Source: Chlorokybus atmophyticus (Eukaryota > Plantae > Mesostigma and Chlorokybus algae). From it: DNA of 64,000 nucleotides. Made by a program: the position numbers and the translations under genes. Below the pieces are notes generated by a model, which saw only the letters and a list, made by a program, of their open reading frames with translations, ran no database searches and was not told the origin of the DNA. Positions 25,167 to 38,104 of this stretch are shown piece by piece. Location: assembly GCA_009103225.1 (NCBI GenBank), contig RHPI01002533.1:1493186-1557185 (forward strand). The letters are read 5' to 3'. Position 1 is the stretch's first letter, and every line of letters begins with the position of its first letter.

Positions 25167-27374
25167 TTGGCAACATGTGGCTTATCTCACAGCATTCACT
25201 ACAAAGGCTCGACTGAGTTTCTTACGCACCCAAACAATGCTCTCTCCCCCTCTGATTTGTTTCGGGTCAATGGCACAGGTCAGGTAGTGCACAAGCGAAA
25301 GTTGAGCAGGCGCATAGTGTTTCTCGATATTGAAGATGTTGAAGGTAAGGCTGGAGATGATGCACTCAATGCGTCAACTGCACTCAACGTTCAATGCTGT
25401 CTGCCATGGCCACCAATGAACAGCTGATCTGATTCTATCTGGTTGCGTAGGCAATGTCCTTGAATTGTTGTTGAAAGCGGAGCCACATCTCACTGAAGAC
25501 CAGGTGCATGCTTTGAGAGACTGCATCAAGGTTGGAGATGTTGTTGATTCTCAAGGTCAGCATGTCAACCCAAACTGTTGCTTACCATGATGCAGTTGTC
25601 GCAATCTGACTTGCATGGTATATCGTTGCGCACACGTGACCCTTCTGCAACCATGCCAGTAAACAAAATTGTGAATGTAGGTTATATAACTTATTGCAGC
25701 GCTATCACGTAGCATCAGTAAATTTTGTACAGCTTCTGAGTCCCATGAAACTAGAACTTTAGGCTGATGCCAACAGTTACGCACTAGTGAACTGGCGGCA
25801 AATAAAGTGATGTCCGCAACTGTGGCACGCTTGTGACAGTCATGTTTCACGGAAGCATTGCATGTAAGTGACACTGTCATTTGTACAGCGCAGGCATCTT
25901 GGAGTTTCGCCGCGCAGGCTTGATACTGGCTGTCAGCAAGATTGCTGTGCTGGAGCGATGGGCAGATAAGCATCCGGGTATGTTGCCAAAGGGGTGGTGC
26001 TGTGCACAACGTATGAGAACTTCTGCACTGCATACTTGTTCGCTCAGGATTCTCACCTGGTGTCCTCTGCAATGCTTAGGTTTACAGTTTGCACCGCATC
26101 AGCCAAAGGTCAGCCGCTCCGGGACACTTGGTGACCAACCATGCAAGTTTTGGATCAACAATAAAAGGTGAATCTTTCACAGGGTAAGCAACCCCTGCAT
26201 AGTTATTCGGCTGTTAGACATGTGATGGCACTCCAAGGGCCAGTGTTTCACATGCTTCTGGTTGCATGTTTATGTGACAATTGCCTTTCTGCTGAGGCTT
26301 GTGCGTTTTGGTGAGCAGCTGTCTGCGTGGGGAGAGCTGTCCTTACGTGCATCATGTCAGTAATGCGGAGGCAAATGCAGCTGTGCAGGAGGTAAGCCAT
26401 CAGCACAGGTTGGTGCTAGCGCGCATGTGTAGTGGTAAGCCTGTGAGGCTACTTGGTGGAATCTGATGCAAGTTTTTTGTTTCCTACTTTGCAGTCGCTC
26501 GCAAAGAAGCGCGCCGCTCGCGCACATGCTTTGCAGCTTGCTGGCGATCCGCATGGGTTGAGCGACAAGCAAAACAAGGTGCAAAGGGCCAAGATCTTCT
26601 GCAGCTGGTTGCTCGACAGGTGTGAAAGTTATGTTGCACTGTAGCTGAAACTTTCTGGTGCATGATGCCATGGTCCAGTACATGCGGCATGCATATAGCG
26701 CACAGCATGCATCATCTGCATGACATGTCTGTACATCTGCAATGTTTTCAACAGGTTTGGTGGTGTTGAGCGACTGAGCCAAGGCTCCGGAATATTGGAT
26801 GTTGCTGGTGGGCGCGGTAATGTTGGTTTTGAGTTGTGCACACGCAACGGTGTTCCATGCACCACCATCGACCCTCGTGAACAGAAGTTCAACCGAGAAC
26901 AGCACTTGATTTTGCAGGGGCTAGGTCAGCCCTCACAGCAACCGTCGCAGTATCACGACATACCTGTTACGCAGTTCCGTGCACCAAATCATGCCTGGTT
27001 TCCTGGCAGGTAACACTGCGCGACTATGTTCACATGTGCAAGAGGAGTTCGGCCCAGCTTTGTGGCAGTCGCCTGAACACCACGAGCTCTTGTATGATTG
27101 CAGCCTAGTGCTAGGTATGCACCCAGATGAAGCCACAGAAGCGATTGTGGACTTCGCGCTGATGGCAAACAAGCCGTTTGCTGTCATACCCTGTTGTGTG
27201 TTTCCGGGCTTGTTCCCCAACCGGACGCTGTCAGCAGTGAATGGTGTGCCTCAACCAGTCGTCACCTACGAGCAGTTTGTTGCCTTTTTGCTAGCAAAGG
27301 ATCCCAGAATACAGCTGGAGTACCTACCATTCATAGGTCGAAATCAGGTTTTGTACTGTACTGCAATGACGTAA
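25167..27374 (+). CDS. OB-fold + CCCH zinc finger + class I SAM-dependent methyltransferase protein (start uncertain)
   Basis: GQVVHKRKLSRRIVFLDI...LKAE...IKVGDVVDSQG (OB-fold like aaRS anticodon domains); spliced CKFWINNKS-CLRGES-CPYVH = C-x8-C-x5-C-x3-H; ILDVAGGRG...IDPR (SAM motif I/II); GMHPDEATEAIVDFAL...KPFAVIPCCVF...GRNQVLY. Confidence 0.8.
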
Positions 27375-27980
27375 CTTTGGCATGCATGTGTTGCACTGAA
27401 AGCACTTGCATGCCAGGTCGACCCAGAGCAAAGCATGGCCTTTTCTAGGCATATGCTAAGCCGCTGTCGGTCAGGTTGAATTTTTCCATCTGGACTGCAC
27501 TATGATTGTCTTGTTGCGCGAAGCTGATTGTTCTTTCTAGCAAAGCCAACCAGCTAGCCTTCAGAGACTACGAATGGGGTGTGAGTGGGGTGAAGAGCCC
27601 AATTGTTTCAGGCGCGGTAAGGCTGGACAGACCCTGCAGCCAAGTCCGCATGCATCTGGCATTCTGGCTGCCTGTGCTGCCATCAATAGATCCGAGTGCT
27701 GGACACTGGTGGGAGGCAGGGTTGAGAGCAGTGCTGTCTGGAGACCTGCGCAGTGTGTGCCATGTACTCCGACTTCCTTGTAAGCGTATTACCACATTCA
27801 GCAATTGATTGGCATAGATGGCATAGAGCTCAGAGTGCTATATGCAATCCTATTCAACCGGAAATTGAATGATTGCGTCCTTAAGTGTTCTTATAGCATA
27901 CTGCGAGTCGTACTTAATATCATCTACTACCAGCAAGGTAGGAAAGGTACTTTGCGGCAACCGATGGCATGGGCATGACG

Positions 27981-29965
27981 TCAGGAAGCAGCTGCCAGTC
28001 GCACACAATTGCCCTCCACGACAAACTTCGAACAAGAGTTGACCTGTCAAGTTTGCAAGATAAGATGTTGTGCACCGTTGAGCACAACATTCTCGTGCAC
28101 ATACCACCAAACCGACTGGCAGGTACATCAGCACCCACCCACATGCATGCAGTCTGGTAAACACGGACCTTCTCATCAAAAGTAGCTGCCAACTGCTCCT
28201 CATCGACACTGTCTCCTTGCAGTTGCTGCACCGCCACTGCCAGCACCTTGCGCTTCAGCGCCTTGAGTTTCATCTCCTTCTCAGGAGCCTGCCCAGCATA
28301 CGCAGAATCAATCATATATGCGCTAGCGCACAAATTTACAGATATGTTGTAGAGACATCGTCTATAAGTTTGCAGTCCTGCAGCATGGGGGACCTCATGG
28401 AACCTCATGAAGCCTCGTGTTACCTGTTTCAGTTCTGCAGTAATCAACCTGCGCCATTTCAGCTTCTCAGGAAGCGACTGTTCATCAGCGCCATTCTGAT
28501 GTTCACCACTCCCATTCTCGGTGTGCACTGTAATGGTAATCTCTTCCTGTTGTTTCTTTTTCTGCTTTTTGCGCTTGACCGCAACATCTGTGACAATTTC
28601 AGTCACTTGCGTTTGCTCTGACTGAACAGTGGCCTTCACCTCAACTGTGCCAGTGACATTGCCATTCGCCCCATGCGCAGCTTCTTCTTGCTTGCGTTTG
28701 TGTGTTACTTGTGGACTGCTCTTTGCTGGCTCATTGGCAGCTTCTTCTTGCTGTGAACTGACTGTCGTCTCCGCTGGTTGCGCATCTTGGGCACGCTGCG
28801 CTGCCTTCGCTTTGTTTGTATGCTTCTTGCCCGAGGCATGCGCCAACAGTGTCTCCTCACTCGTCGCGCTCACGTTGCACAAACTGGAGACAGAGTGTGC
28901 CGTGATGAGTCAGCAAACACTGAGCAGAAAGCTACACAGACGGCCATCTGCTTGGAAAGATATCCCGTTTTTACTTTTGCATATAACAGACACAACACGT
29001 TGGTAGTGCACTGACAGCCCACAACCATACACTCGACCCTGATCACATCTTTCAATTTGGCACATCTCAACAAGTGGAAGCCAGCGGAGGCGGGTGGGTG
29101 GGTGTTACCTGCAATGCCATGGTGGACGTGTCGACAGACCCAACCGATTGGGAGCTCCTGCCAGTGCTGCTCCATTTACGCTACCTTTCGTGCTGTTGAC
29201 AAATCGCACAACGATCAGTTTTGTAAGTGTGCTGTACGCTACACACCAACCAATGTAAACAGAAGCTACCAACTCTCCCTTCAACTGCAAGTTGTTGAGC
29301 ATGTGGCGTTGCAAGTTGCATGGACCAAGCAAGTGTGAATAAGTCTTTCTGCTAGGCTCACCTTCCGTTTGCACCGTTCTGCTGCTGACTCTTGGGTCCA
29401 TACTTTTCCTGCAATGCCATGCATGTTCATGCATGTACAGGAAGAGCGGAGACATAGCGCTGCGACATGTTCCACGTCACAGGAAGTCATGATTGCGAAT
29501 AAGTGTAGCATGCAATACCACTAGGTACAGTCATATTCTCTTGCACCCAGTGCAACTTTTACTTGGTACCCCTAGCATTGGCGACCAGCTCCTACTACTG
29601 CTGCAAGGTGTTGCAAACAGAGACTGGTTGGCATTTGTAGGACGCGTGTCATTGCAATCACCAACCAGTCTGTCAAATACATGCAACTTCAGCTGCCTAC
29701 TTTGTGCATCGAGCGTGAGTGAAAAGTTTGCGACATGCGCAAGTTGGTAGTGTAGAGATGAGCTGAAAAGTAGTAAGTGCCTCAGCTAAACTCTACTGAC
29801 CGCTTCAGATATGCATTGCGTGTGCGTATGTGCGTCCTTGGCTGAAAACCGCACGCCGCAGTCTATGCACGAGACCGTCCTGCTGGACCTGCACGACGAC
29901 AGGTGCCCAGCGAGCTTGGGCTTCTTGACGGAGTCGCCACAGCCGTCGCACTGAAACCACACCAT
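27981..29965 (-). CDS. LYAR: LYAR-type C2HC zinc-finger nucleolar protein with additional U1-like C2H2 finger and Lys-rich region
   Basis: MVWFQCDGCGDSVKKPKLAGHLSSCRSSRTVSCIDCGVRF...HTQCISEA; C..C.VSATSEETLLAHASGKKH; KRKKQKKK; KLKWRRLITAELK; last exon VNSCSKFVVEGNCVRLAAAS*. Confidence 0.9.
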
Positions 29966-30050
29966 AGCCTCCTCGCCACCACCCTCCTGCTCCTCCTCCT
30001 GCTTCGCCGCCGCCGCCGCCCTAAGCGCCACTCTCACAATCAAACATGCC

Positions 30051-30058
30051 AAACCCTA
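30051..30058 (+). promoter_or_regulatory. Telo-box (AAACCCTA) in LYAR/GBA2 bidirectional promoter
   Basis: Exact 8-mer 85 bp from the LYAR ATG. Another lies at 57527-57534 (reverse) in the carrier/CUL3 promoter. Confidence 0.4.
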
Positions 30059-30245
30059 CTGTAAGCAGCCACCGTCCGACGGCTGAGTTTGCACATCAAG
30101 CACAAACAATGTATTAGCGCCATCGGATGCGCCAGCATCTAACAATGACGCAGCAAGCTGTAAGCGTACGACTGGGGTGGCAGTGTAGGCATGCGCTGCG
30201 GCTTCCCTCCTGCTAGCCGCGGCCGGGCATCAGTCAGCAGGGGCC

Positions 30246-33200
30246 ATGCAACAAGTTGCGTATGCCACGGCAGCGCTGCTGCTAGGGGCGACGTGCTTGG
30301 CGGCATGGAGGCGCCGGCGGTGGCGGCGGTGCAGGTGGCGGGGGTCCCACTGGAGGTAAGCGTGTAAAGCTCATGCTATGATGGCAATTCACCATGCATT
30401 TGGAGCGTTGCAAAGTTGGTTCGCTGTGTGGGGTGCTTGGCTGAACGGACACAATACCCATTGGCCATTCACCCGTTGGTAGTAAATACAAGAGCTTGTG
30501 CTTGATGCAGTTCAATTCTGCTTGCATGTGTAGGCGATTGAATACTTGATTAATGCAAGTTTTTGGGCTGTTGTTCATGCAGGATCTGCCGCCTGAGGTA
30601 GCATGGAAGAGACAACTCAATGCCGGGATGCCTGAGCTCAAGGAGTTCCAAGTTGGGTGTTGGGAGGCGCTACGTCTGGTACGCCCTTGCAATTAGTAGC
30701 CAATATTGGTATATTGACGTAGCTCTGTACAAACGAACGGTCCACTCGTTTGCACAAAGCTACGTCAACATACTGTACAACACGTCAAGACTTTTTTCAG
30801 TCCTGCTTTCTCGAAATGCTGGCTTTGCATTACCTACGTAAAGCGTTCTTGACCACTTTTGTCGAAGACAGTATCTCCGCACCTTGGTACTGAAGAGTTA
30901 CCATATAGCCTCTCATAGTGCGGCATGTGTGGCAGCTTCCATTGGGATTGCGAATGTGGCAGCACGTACGCACTGAGCGCAATGCCGGGAGGGTGAGTAT
31001 GCAAACCTACACACCAGGGTCACGCTGTTCGCAATGCAATTCGTGAACAGTACCTGCAGCCGTTGTGCAATGGACAGAGCGCCAGGGGTGCCATGCATCG
31101 CTTACAAGTTTCTTGTGTCGGTATGCAGCTACCGATCATAGACCCATTCAACAAGAAAGCGAGGAGCGAAGCATCACATGGGGTGCCTTTGGGAGGGCTC
31201 GGGTATGCAGTTGTGCTCCATGCATGTTGTATGCAGTCTGTACATCAGCATAACCGTCATGCGCCAGGTGTGGAGGCATTGGAAGGGGGTGGCGTGGGGA
31301 GTTTAACCGATGGCAACTGCAACCCGGTTACCCGGATGACGCATGCGTGCCAGCTGACCAGTTTTCGGTAACAGATGCATTGGGGCTCTGCCTGTGCGTG
31401 CTACCATACAGGTCCAGATGCAGCGTTGGCGTGTAGGTGTTCATCAGGAGAGCGGGTCGCAAGTCTGCATCGGGCACAGTGCTGTTCCCTGGCCGGCCTC
31501 CTGGAGTGGGGTGAGCACCAGCTATTACTTTGACAAGGGTATACAAGCAAGCATGCATGGTAACTGCGGTTGTGTACCATCAAAACGCATGACGCTCTGA
31601 TGGCCTACGTCTTCAGGCTCTACCGTGGTGGCAGCGGAATAGACAGCTGGCATTGGAATCTAGAAGGAAAGCAGAGTACATACTTCGCTCTTTATCCTCG
31701 GGCATGGACTGTGTATGACTCCGAACCTGACCCTGATCTGACGTTGGTCTGCCGCCAGGTATGTGATGGCTGTTCTTGTCCATTATCGTACCGCTTGCCG
31801 TGGTGTAGATATGCAGGCAGCATGCGCACCCGTATGTGTGGTGTCGTCTGCTTGCAATTGGGGGCTTTGAGCAAATCTATATACATTGGCCATTGTGCAG
31901 GTGTCACCTGTTATACCCCACAACTACAAAGACAGCAGCCTGCCAGCAGCCGTCTTCAACTGGACAATTGTTAACAAGGGCAGCACAGCGGCCACTGTGG
32001 CTTTGCTTTTCAGCTTTAAGAACAGTGCAAACTCAAAAGCAGAGGTACTGCCCTGCATATTGCTTGTCCCCCCCCCCCCNNNNNNNNNNNNNNNNNNNNN
32101 NNNNNNNNNNNNNNNNNNNNNNNNNNNNNNNNNNNNNNNNNNNNNNNNNNNNNNNNNNNNNNNNNNNNNNNNNNNNNNNNNNNNNNNNNNNNNNNNNNNN
32201 NNNNNGCGGTCTGATTGCTGCTGGTTGGTAGCAGTGCCCCCGAAAACCATAGTTGTTACATACTGCCCTTGACCTGCAATAACAGGATCATAGCCATGAG
32301 CATGTTCAAACGACGTTTACAAATGAGGATGCCGCGGGTGTATTGCTACAGGTAAGCAGTCAGCATGCACTAGGTGTATGGCAGTCTGCAGGGCCAACAT
32401 GCCACGTGGTCTTACATGTGGTTGCTTGCAGCACAGCACGCGAAAGCACAGAGACCCTGTGAGCATCGCAGTGTCAGCAAGGAGAGATGAAGGTGTCAAC
32501 GTCACTAGTTGCCCGTGCTTCAAGGTTGAGCAATTGAAGGCAGTCTGGCTTGCCGAGTGATGCCGGATCTCGCAACTGCTGTGATGGCCTGAGGTGACAG
32601 CTGTTGGCAGGTGGATTCTGAGTCCCAGCAGAGCCGTAGTTGCGCGTTAGGTGGCCAAAGCACATCGTATAGCGAGCTGCGAGGTGGGGTGCCTACCGCC
32701 AGAGACGTTTGGCAGGCCATGCTGTCTGTAAGTAAGACCCTGTCACTCATTGCTCGGTGTATGTGCGTGGTTGTTGCTGTGCATCGTATTGACTAGTGCA
32801 TGCTGCCATCTCTGCAGGATTTGACGCTGTCAAGTGTGCAACACTGCGACCTGCCTGGACTGGGAGATCAGCGCGGTCATGCTGGAGCAGTTGCAGCAAC
32901 TTGTGAAGTGCCAGCAGGAGGGACCGCTCATGTATGACTTTGCTTAACGCAAGGTTGAACAGCATTCATCCGCCCGTCAAAGCCAAACCTCTTAAACAGT
33001 GCATGGCTTGCAGGTTGCATTCAGTCTCGCCTGGGACTGCCCCATAGCAAGGTTTGAGAAGGGTACCGGCTATCATCGCCGTTACACCAAGTTCTATGGT
33101 ACTGCCGGGCTTGGAGCCGATCACCTTGCTAGTGATGCGCTGCGGTTATGTCCAGAGTGGGAGGCCGCAATTGACGCTTGGCAACGGTCAATCCTAATGG

Positions 33201-35612
33201 ACTCTCGCCTGCCCACCTGGTAACTGGTGCATCATTCCGGTGTACGCTGTGACATTACCAACATTCTGCTTGTACAGACATGTATGCACGAGCATCTTCT
33301 AAGTCACATTCCTTGTAGGTATCGTAGCCAGCTGTTCAATGAGCTGTACTACTTGAGTGCGGGCGGCTCTGTCTGGACGGCAGACAATGTCCGGTTGGAG
33401 TCCCAGCACATCAGCACTCTTCAGAAATTGGTGGATGCTAGCGCTCGCGTGGTGGTTGAGCCATTGCAGAAGGCCTCTGATTGGGTTCAAAATGCTCTCC
33501 TTCCGGGTGACGACGCCAGCAGAGCTAGCGTCTCCAACATGCACATAGCCGAGCATATTGGCAAGACGAACCTGGCTACCATTCATTCAGACTCGCCTGC
33601 ATCTGCTATATGCACTCAGGATACACCGCAATCCATTGGCCATTTTCTGTACTTGGAGGGTGCGGAGTACCTCATGTGGAACACCTACGACGTGCACTTT
33701 TATGCTTCATTTGCGCTCCTGGAGCACTTTCCCCTACTGGAATTGTCTATCCAGTTAGACTTTGCCCAAGCCACAATGGAAGTAGGTGTTATTATGGCTA
33801 CGCTGCCAAATCCCAGGACTGTCAGAGTCTGACATTTCTTGATCTGTGCAGGAGTCTGAAGCAAACCAGTTACAACAAAAGTTCTTGCATTTCGGTAACT
33901 TCAATAGACACAAGGTGGGAGTTGCTATTTACATTGTTTCTGTTGCCGTTGGGCTTGGGGATCATTGGCTATGTTGTACTTGTGTTGTTACAGGTGAAGG
34001 GCGCTGTCCCTCATGATCTGGGCTTTGGAGACCCATGGAACCGGTTAAATGTGTACAACATACACGATACCTCTGAGTGGAAAGACTTGAACCCAAAGTT
34101 TGTGCTTCAGGTTCTTCTTGCATCAACTTGCATCAACTGCTAGTTACACACGTTATCAGTAGGAACGTGAAGTCAAGCGCGTGGCTGCCCAACACGTGCT
34201 GCATGCATTCATTAACAGTAACAGGCCTTTGTGCATAGGTGTATCGGGACTTTGCAGCAACCAACAACCGGCCTTTTCTGGAGGCGTGCTGGCCTGCCAT
34301 GCATGCAGCCATGCAGTACATGCTCAAGTTTGATCGCGATGAGGACGGCCTGATTGAGAATGGTGGCTTCCCTGATCAAACCTATGACACCTGGGTTGTG
34401 CGTGGCAAGTCTGCATACTGCGGTGGTCTCTGGCTTGCCGCCCTTCAGGTGCCAGTTTTCTAAGCTCTCTAATGCACTCAACATGCACGAACGTTGGTTA
34501 AAACATGATCCATGTAGCAGCCAGCTGCAAAACAAACAGTCATCAGCGCATGGATGCAGTGGGTTGAGTCCCTTGCATTCGGCGTAATGAGTGGCTTTAG
34601 TAACGATGTGCTTGGTGCAGGCTGCATCAGCTGCTGCTCTTGAGCTAGGCCAGCTGCAAGAGGCCAAGCAGTATGCCGACATGCTCCAATGTGGCAAAGA
34701 GGCCTATGAGCGTCACCTTTGGAACGGAGAGTATTACAATTATGACGAGCGGTGCAAGTCTGTCCAAGCGGATCAGCTAACAGGCCAACTGTATGCACAT
34801 GCGTGTCGGCTGCCTGGAATCGTACCCTCAGAACGCGCACGACGCGCAATGCAAACTGTCTTCGATCTGAACGTCCAGCAGGCGAGTACAGCTGTCAAGC
34901 TCTTGCCGCTACAAGAGCATTGTAAGCAGAAGTACGAGAGTTGAGCAGTTGCCCGTTGTGACAAACCAGGTCAAGGACGGCAGCATTGGTGCGATGAACG
35001 GCATGAAAGATGGCAGGGTATGTCTGTGTTATGAACAAAATATGCATGCAGGCATCAGGCAAACGAGGTTTCAAGCATGATCATCGCATGTCGAAGCGAC
35101 AGTGATTACACAACAAACGTGTCCATCAATGCCACATAGCAGGTGTGCTCATTATGCAATGCTTGAACAGGTGGATGACACCTGCATGCAGTCACGCGAA
35201 GTCTGGACGGGAGTGACATACATGGCTGCTGCAGCTATGATCTGGGAGGGTCTTGTGCAGGAGGGCTTTGCTACGGCACATGTGAGTTCCATGCAAGACA
35301 TGGCTGTGAGGCGGCCAACACATCGCAAACTTGCGGCTACTGTCAAACATAATGGATGCTCCACAGGGTATACATGCAGCTGGTTGGGGCGAGTATGGCT
35401 ACTGGTTTCAAACCCCTGAGGCTTGGACGCTTAGTGGTGGCTATCGCTGTCTCTCGTACATGCGAGCACTCTCCATATGGGCCATGCACAGTGCTCTCAC
35501 TTTGTCGCAGGTCAGTACTTGCGCATCATGTTCCCTTGCCATTTACTTGCCAATCGCATCATTGTCATGAGCGCATGTCAATCCGATTACTGCGTTACAG
35601 GACACGCACTGA
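30246..35612 (+). CDS. GBA2: Non-lysosomal glucosylceramidase, GH116
   Basis: [24 protein letters not shown]; [12 protein letters not shown]; [14 protein letters not shown]; [25 protein letters not shown]; [12 protein letters not shown]; [11 protein letters not shown]; [22 protein letters not shown]; SAYCGGLW; QADQLTGQ; EVWTGVTY; FQTPEAW...YMRALSIW. Spans the assembly gap in an intron. Confidence 0.96.
32080..32205. other. Assembly gap (126 N) after a poly-C run, inside a GBA2 intron
   Basis: Run of n preceded by c12. Confidence 0.99.
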
Positions 35613-35879
35613 GAGACCTGTAGTTCTCATGAGCAACGCAGCGACCGTATTGTAGGCGACATGCACGGAGTTTGTGGCGCACTTGTGTCTGAGAGAGATG
35701 TGGAAACTGGCTGCCGCCAACTTCCATGTACACAACAACTGGACACAAGTTGCTTGGATACAAGGTAGGTCATAATAAATCGCAAGAACAATAAGAGCCC
35801 ACACCTTATAGATACTGGCGATAATGTGGACACATAAGCCTTCTACATCCCCGGGTGGATTGCATATATGTATTCCAGG

Positions 35880-36010
35880 ATTTATAAATATATAATTTAT
35901 ACATTGTGGAATATATTAGGTATGCATATATATATACATATATATGCATAACTAATATATATATATATAAATATATATATAGATATATATATATGTGTGT
36001 ATATTTCATA
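35880..36010. repeat. (TA)n-rich microsatellite between convergent GBA2 and FAX genes
   Basis: tatatatata... read directly. Confidence 0.85.
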
Positions 36011-36297
36011 CGTGTGCCACAGCCAGTTATAGAAAGCTGTGCACACCCCTGAATCTTGGATAGGATGCACATGTTATGGGCCACAAGGGAGCAACGATTG
36101 TTGGATTTGGGGGTGTACAATTACATGATCCCCATCATCGGTCGGATACCGCAAGGCAAAGATGGACACACAACTTTCTCAAGGGAACTCGTAGTAAATT
36201 GGCTTGCTAGTTTGTGTTCGTTTCGCTGCCAATTGCTGCTACACCTATATCATGTTGCGCACTCGCAAAATTGTCATGCTATCTCCGTTTGCTGTGC

Positions 36298-37500
36298 TCA
36301 AGCAAAGTAAGCCGACCCAAATACGTAAGAGGCGGCAAGGCTCAGAGCAAGAAGCGGACCGGCTGGCACTGGCTTCTTAGTCGCCAGCAATCGGATACCT
36401 TTCAGCAAATAACTTAGTTCATCAGCTTTGGAGCTGTGCATACACCAAGCAGCTAACACTCAGCTTCCTGACAACATACTTACCAAAGACGGATGCAAGC
36501 AACAGCGCCACACCAAATGCGAGTGCTGTGCCCTTCTGGGCAGTGTCAGGGTTGGACTGCAGGTATACGGCCTGGACACGTACAAGATGTGCATTTGCAG
36601 TAAGTACAACGCAGATACTTCAGTCCGCATCTCCGAAACAGGTCACGCACATGAGCTAAGATTTGTGCATGTGCATGCATGGATGTCTCACAAGGCTGCT
36701 ATACCATGCTGTGCTATACCATGCTGTGCTGTGCCACAGTACGCTTTGCTGCTACAAACATTACCGCGCCAAGCAGGGCACCGGAAGTCAAACTGCTGAT
36801 GAGGGAGCCTTTGCTGCCAGACCTGAGGTCTGCAACAGCAACCAGAAGTTTAGGTTGATTTCCCCGACAAAGTTGACTGCATGGATTATGTGTAGTGCGC
36901 ATGCTGTCAGCGACTACCTGACAGCATGCGCAGCTTACAACCAGCACATGCAAAAATGCAACAATGACATGACAACACGACCTACACAGGAACAGTGAGG
37001 TCCAGAATGCACGCATACATGCAAAACATGCACGTATATGAGTGGCCATGCGTAAGCTACACAGCGGGATCATGCCATGCATGCCGCAGCAACCCAGCCA
37101 GCCAAGCTTGCATATGATAGCAATTAATAAGAAGGCACTTGACAGAAATGCATACCAAAGTCGCATCGAGTTAAAACGACGGGCTTGAAGCATAGAATGC
37201 ATATTGTGTGCATGCAGGCACAAGCGGTGCATGCGTACAACGTCCCATACATGCAAAGATGCCGCCGCCAGTGACAAGGGCTCCGTAAGCTGTGGTGACG
37301 GTCTGGACGTCCAAGGCGGCGCTGACCTTCAGGCCTGGACCAGCCCGGGCGGGGCGGCGGCGAGGGGGGAGGGCAACACCAGGAACACCCTTGCCAAGGA
37401 AAGACGACGACGCGCGAGGCGCGACGACGCTCGTCCGTGCTGTCGATGCTGATGTCACAGACGACATGCACAGCAACATGCTCGTGGCCGCCATCCTCAA
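36298..37500 (-). CDS. TMEM14/FAX family (fatty acid export-like) protein with plastid transit peptide
   Basis: Ser/Ala/Arg-rich transit peptide, then AYGALVTGGGIFA|...SGSKGSLISSLTSGALLGA|AVYLQSNPD...|...LLATKKPVPAGPLLALSLAASYVFGSAYFA*. Confidence 0.85.
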
Positions 37501-38104
37501 CTACAGCGACTCCGCCGCCACCGCCGCAAATTCGTTGCTGCCAGTATTTTTACCATTCTCGCATGCTTTTTCCAGAGGCTGGAGGTCACAACGGTTATAT
37601 CAGTAATGTCTTTGACATCCACAACCTTAGTCCTTGACATCGAGGCGCTGATCTGGTGTCGAGTTTAAATGTTTGAAAGTCGGTTTCGCGCGGCGGTTTT
37701 GACCGCCAAATTTAAAGCGGCTTCGTGTTTGTGCTGGCGTTATGCCTTGCCTGCTTGCCTGCCACGTGGAGGGCTGGCGCAGCGGCGGCGACGGTGGCGG
37801 CGGGAAGGGCGACGTGATTGATGCTCTTACAGATGTTGCTGTGAAGGCACCGTGAACAGCGTTTAAGCAGATCAGCCAGATCAGCCGGGGTTATGGTGCT
37901 TAGGGGGTTGCCAGCAGCTGATCTCAGCACACTTGAGCATTGGTTTGCTTTGCTGCAGTGAACACTGCAGTAGCGTTTACAAGCTTGGAGCCAATAGACA
38001 AAAACATCTGTGTCACGCTTAATCTATGCGTGAGCTGTAGAGAGCATCAATGACTTTTTGCCAGGTTGTGGAAGCTTAGTGCTGCACTACAGTTGCTCTT
38101 TTGG

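Noticed and set aside
32080-32205. X-filled ORFs in GBA2
   Set aside because: Assembly gap artefact.
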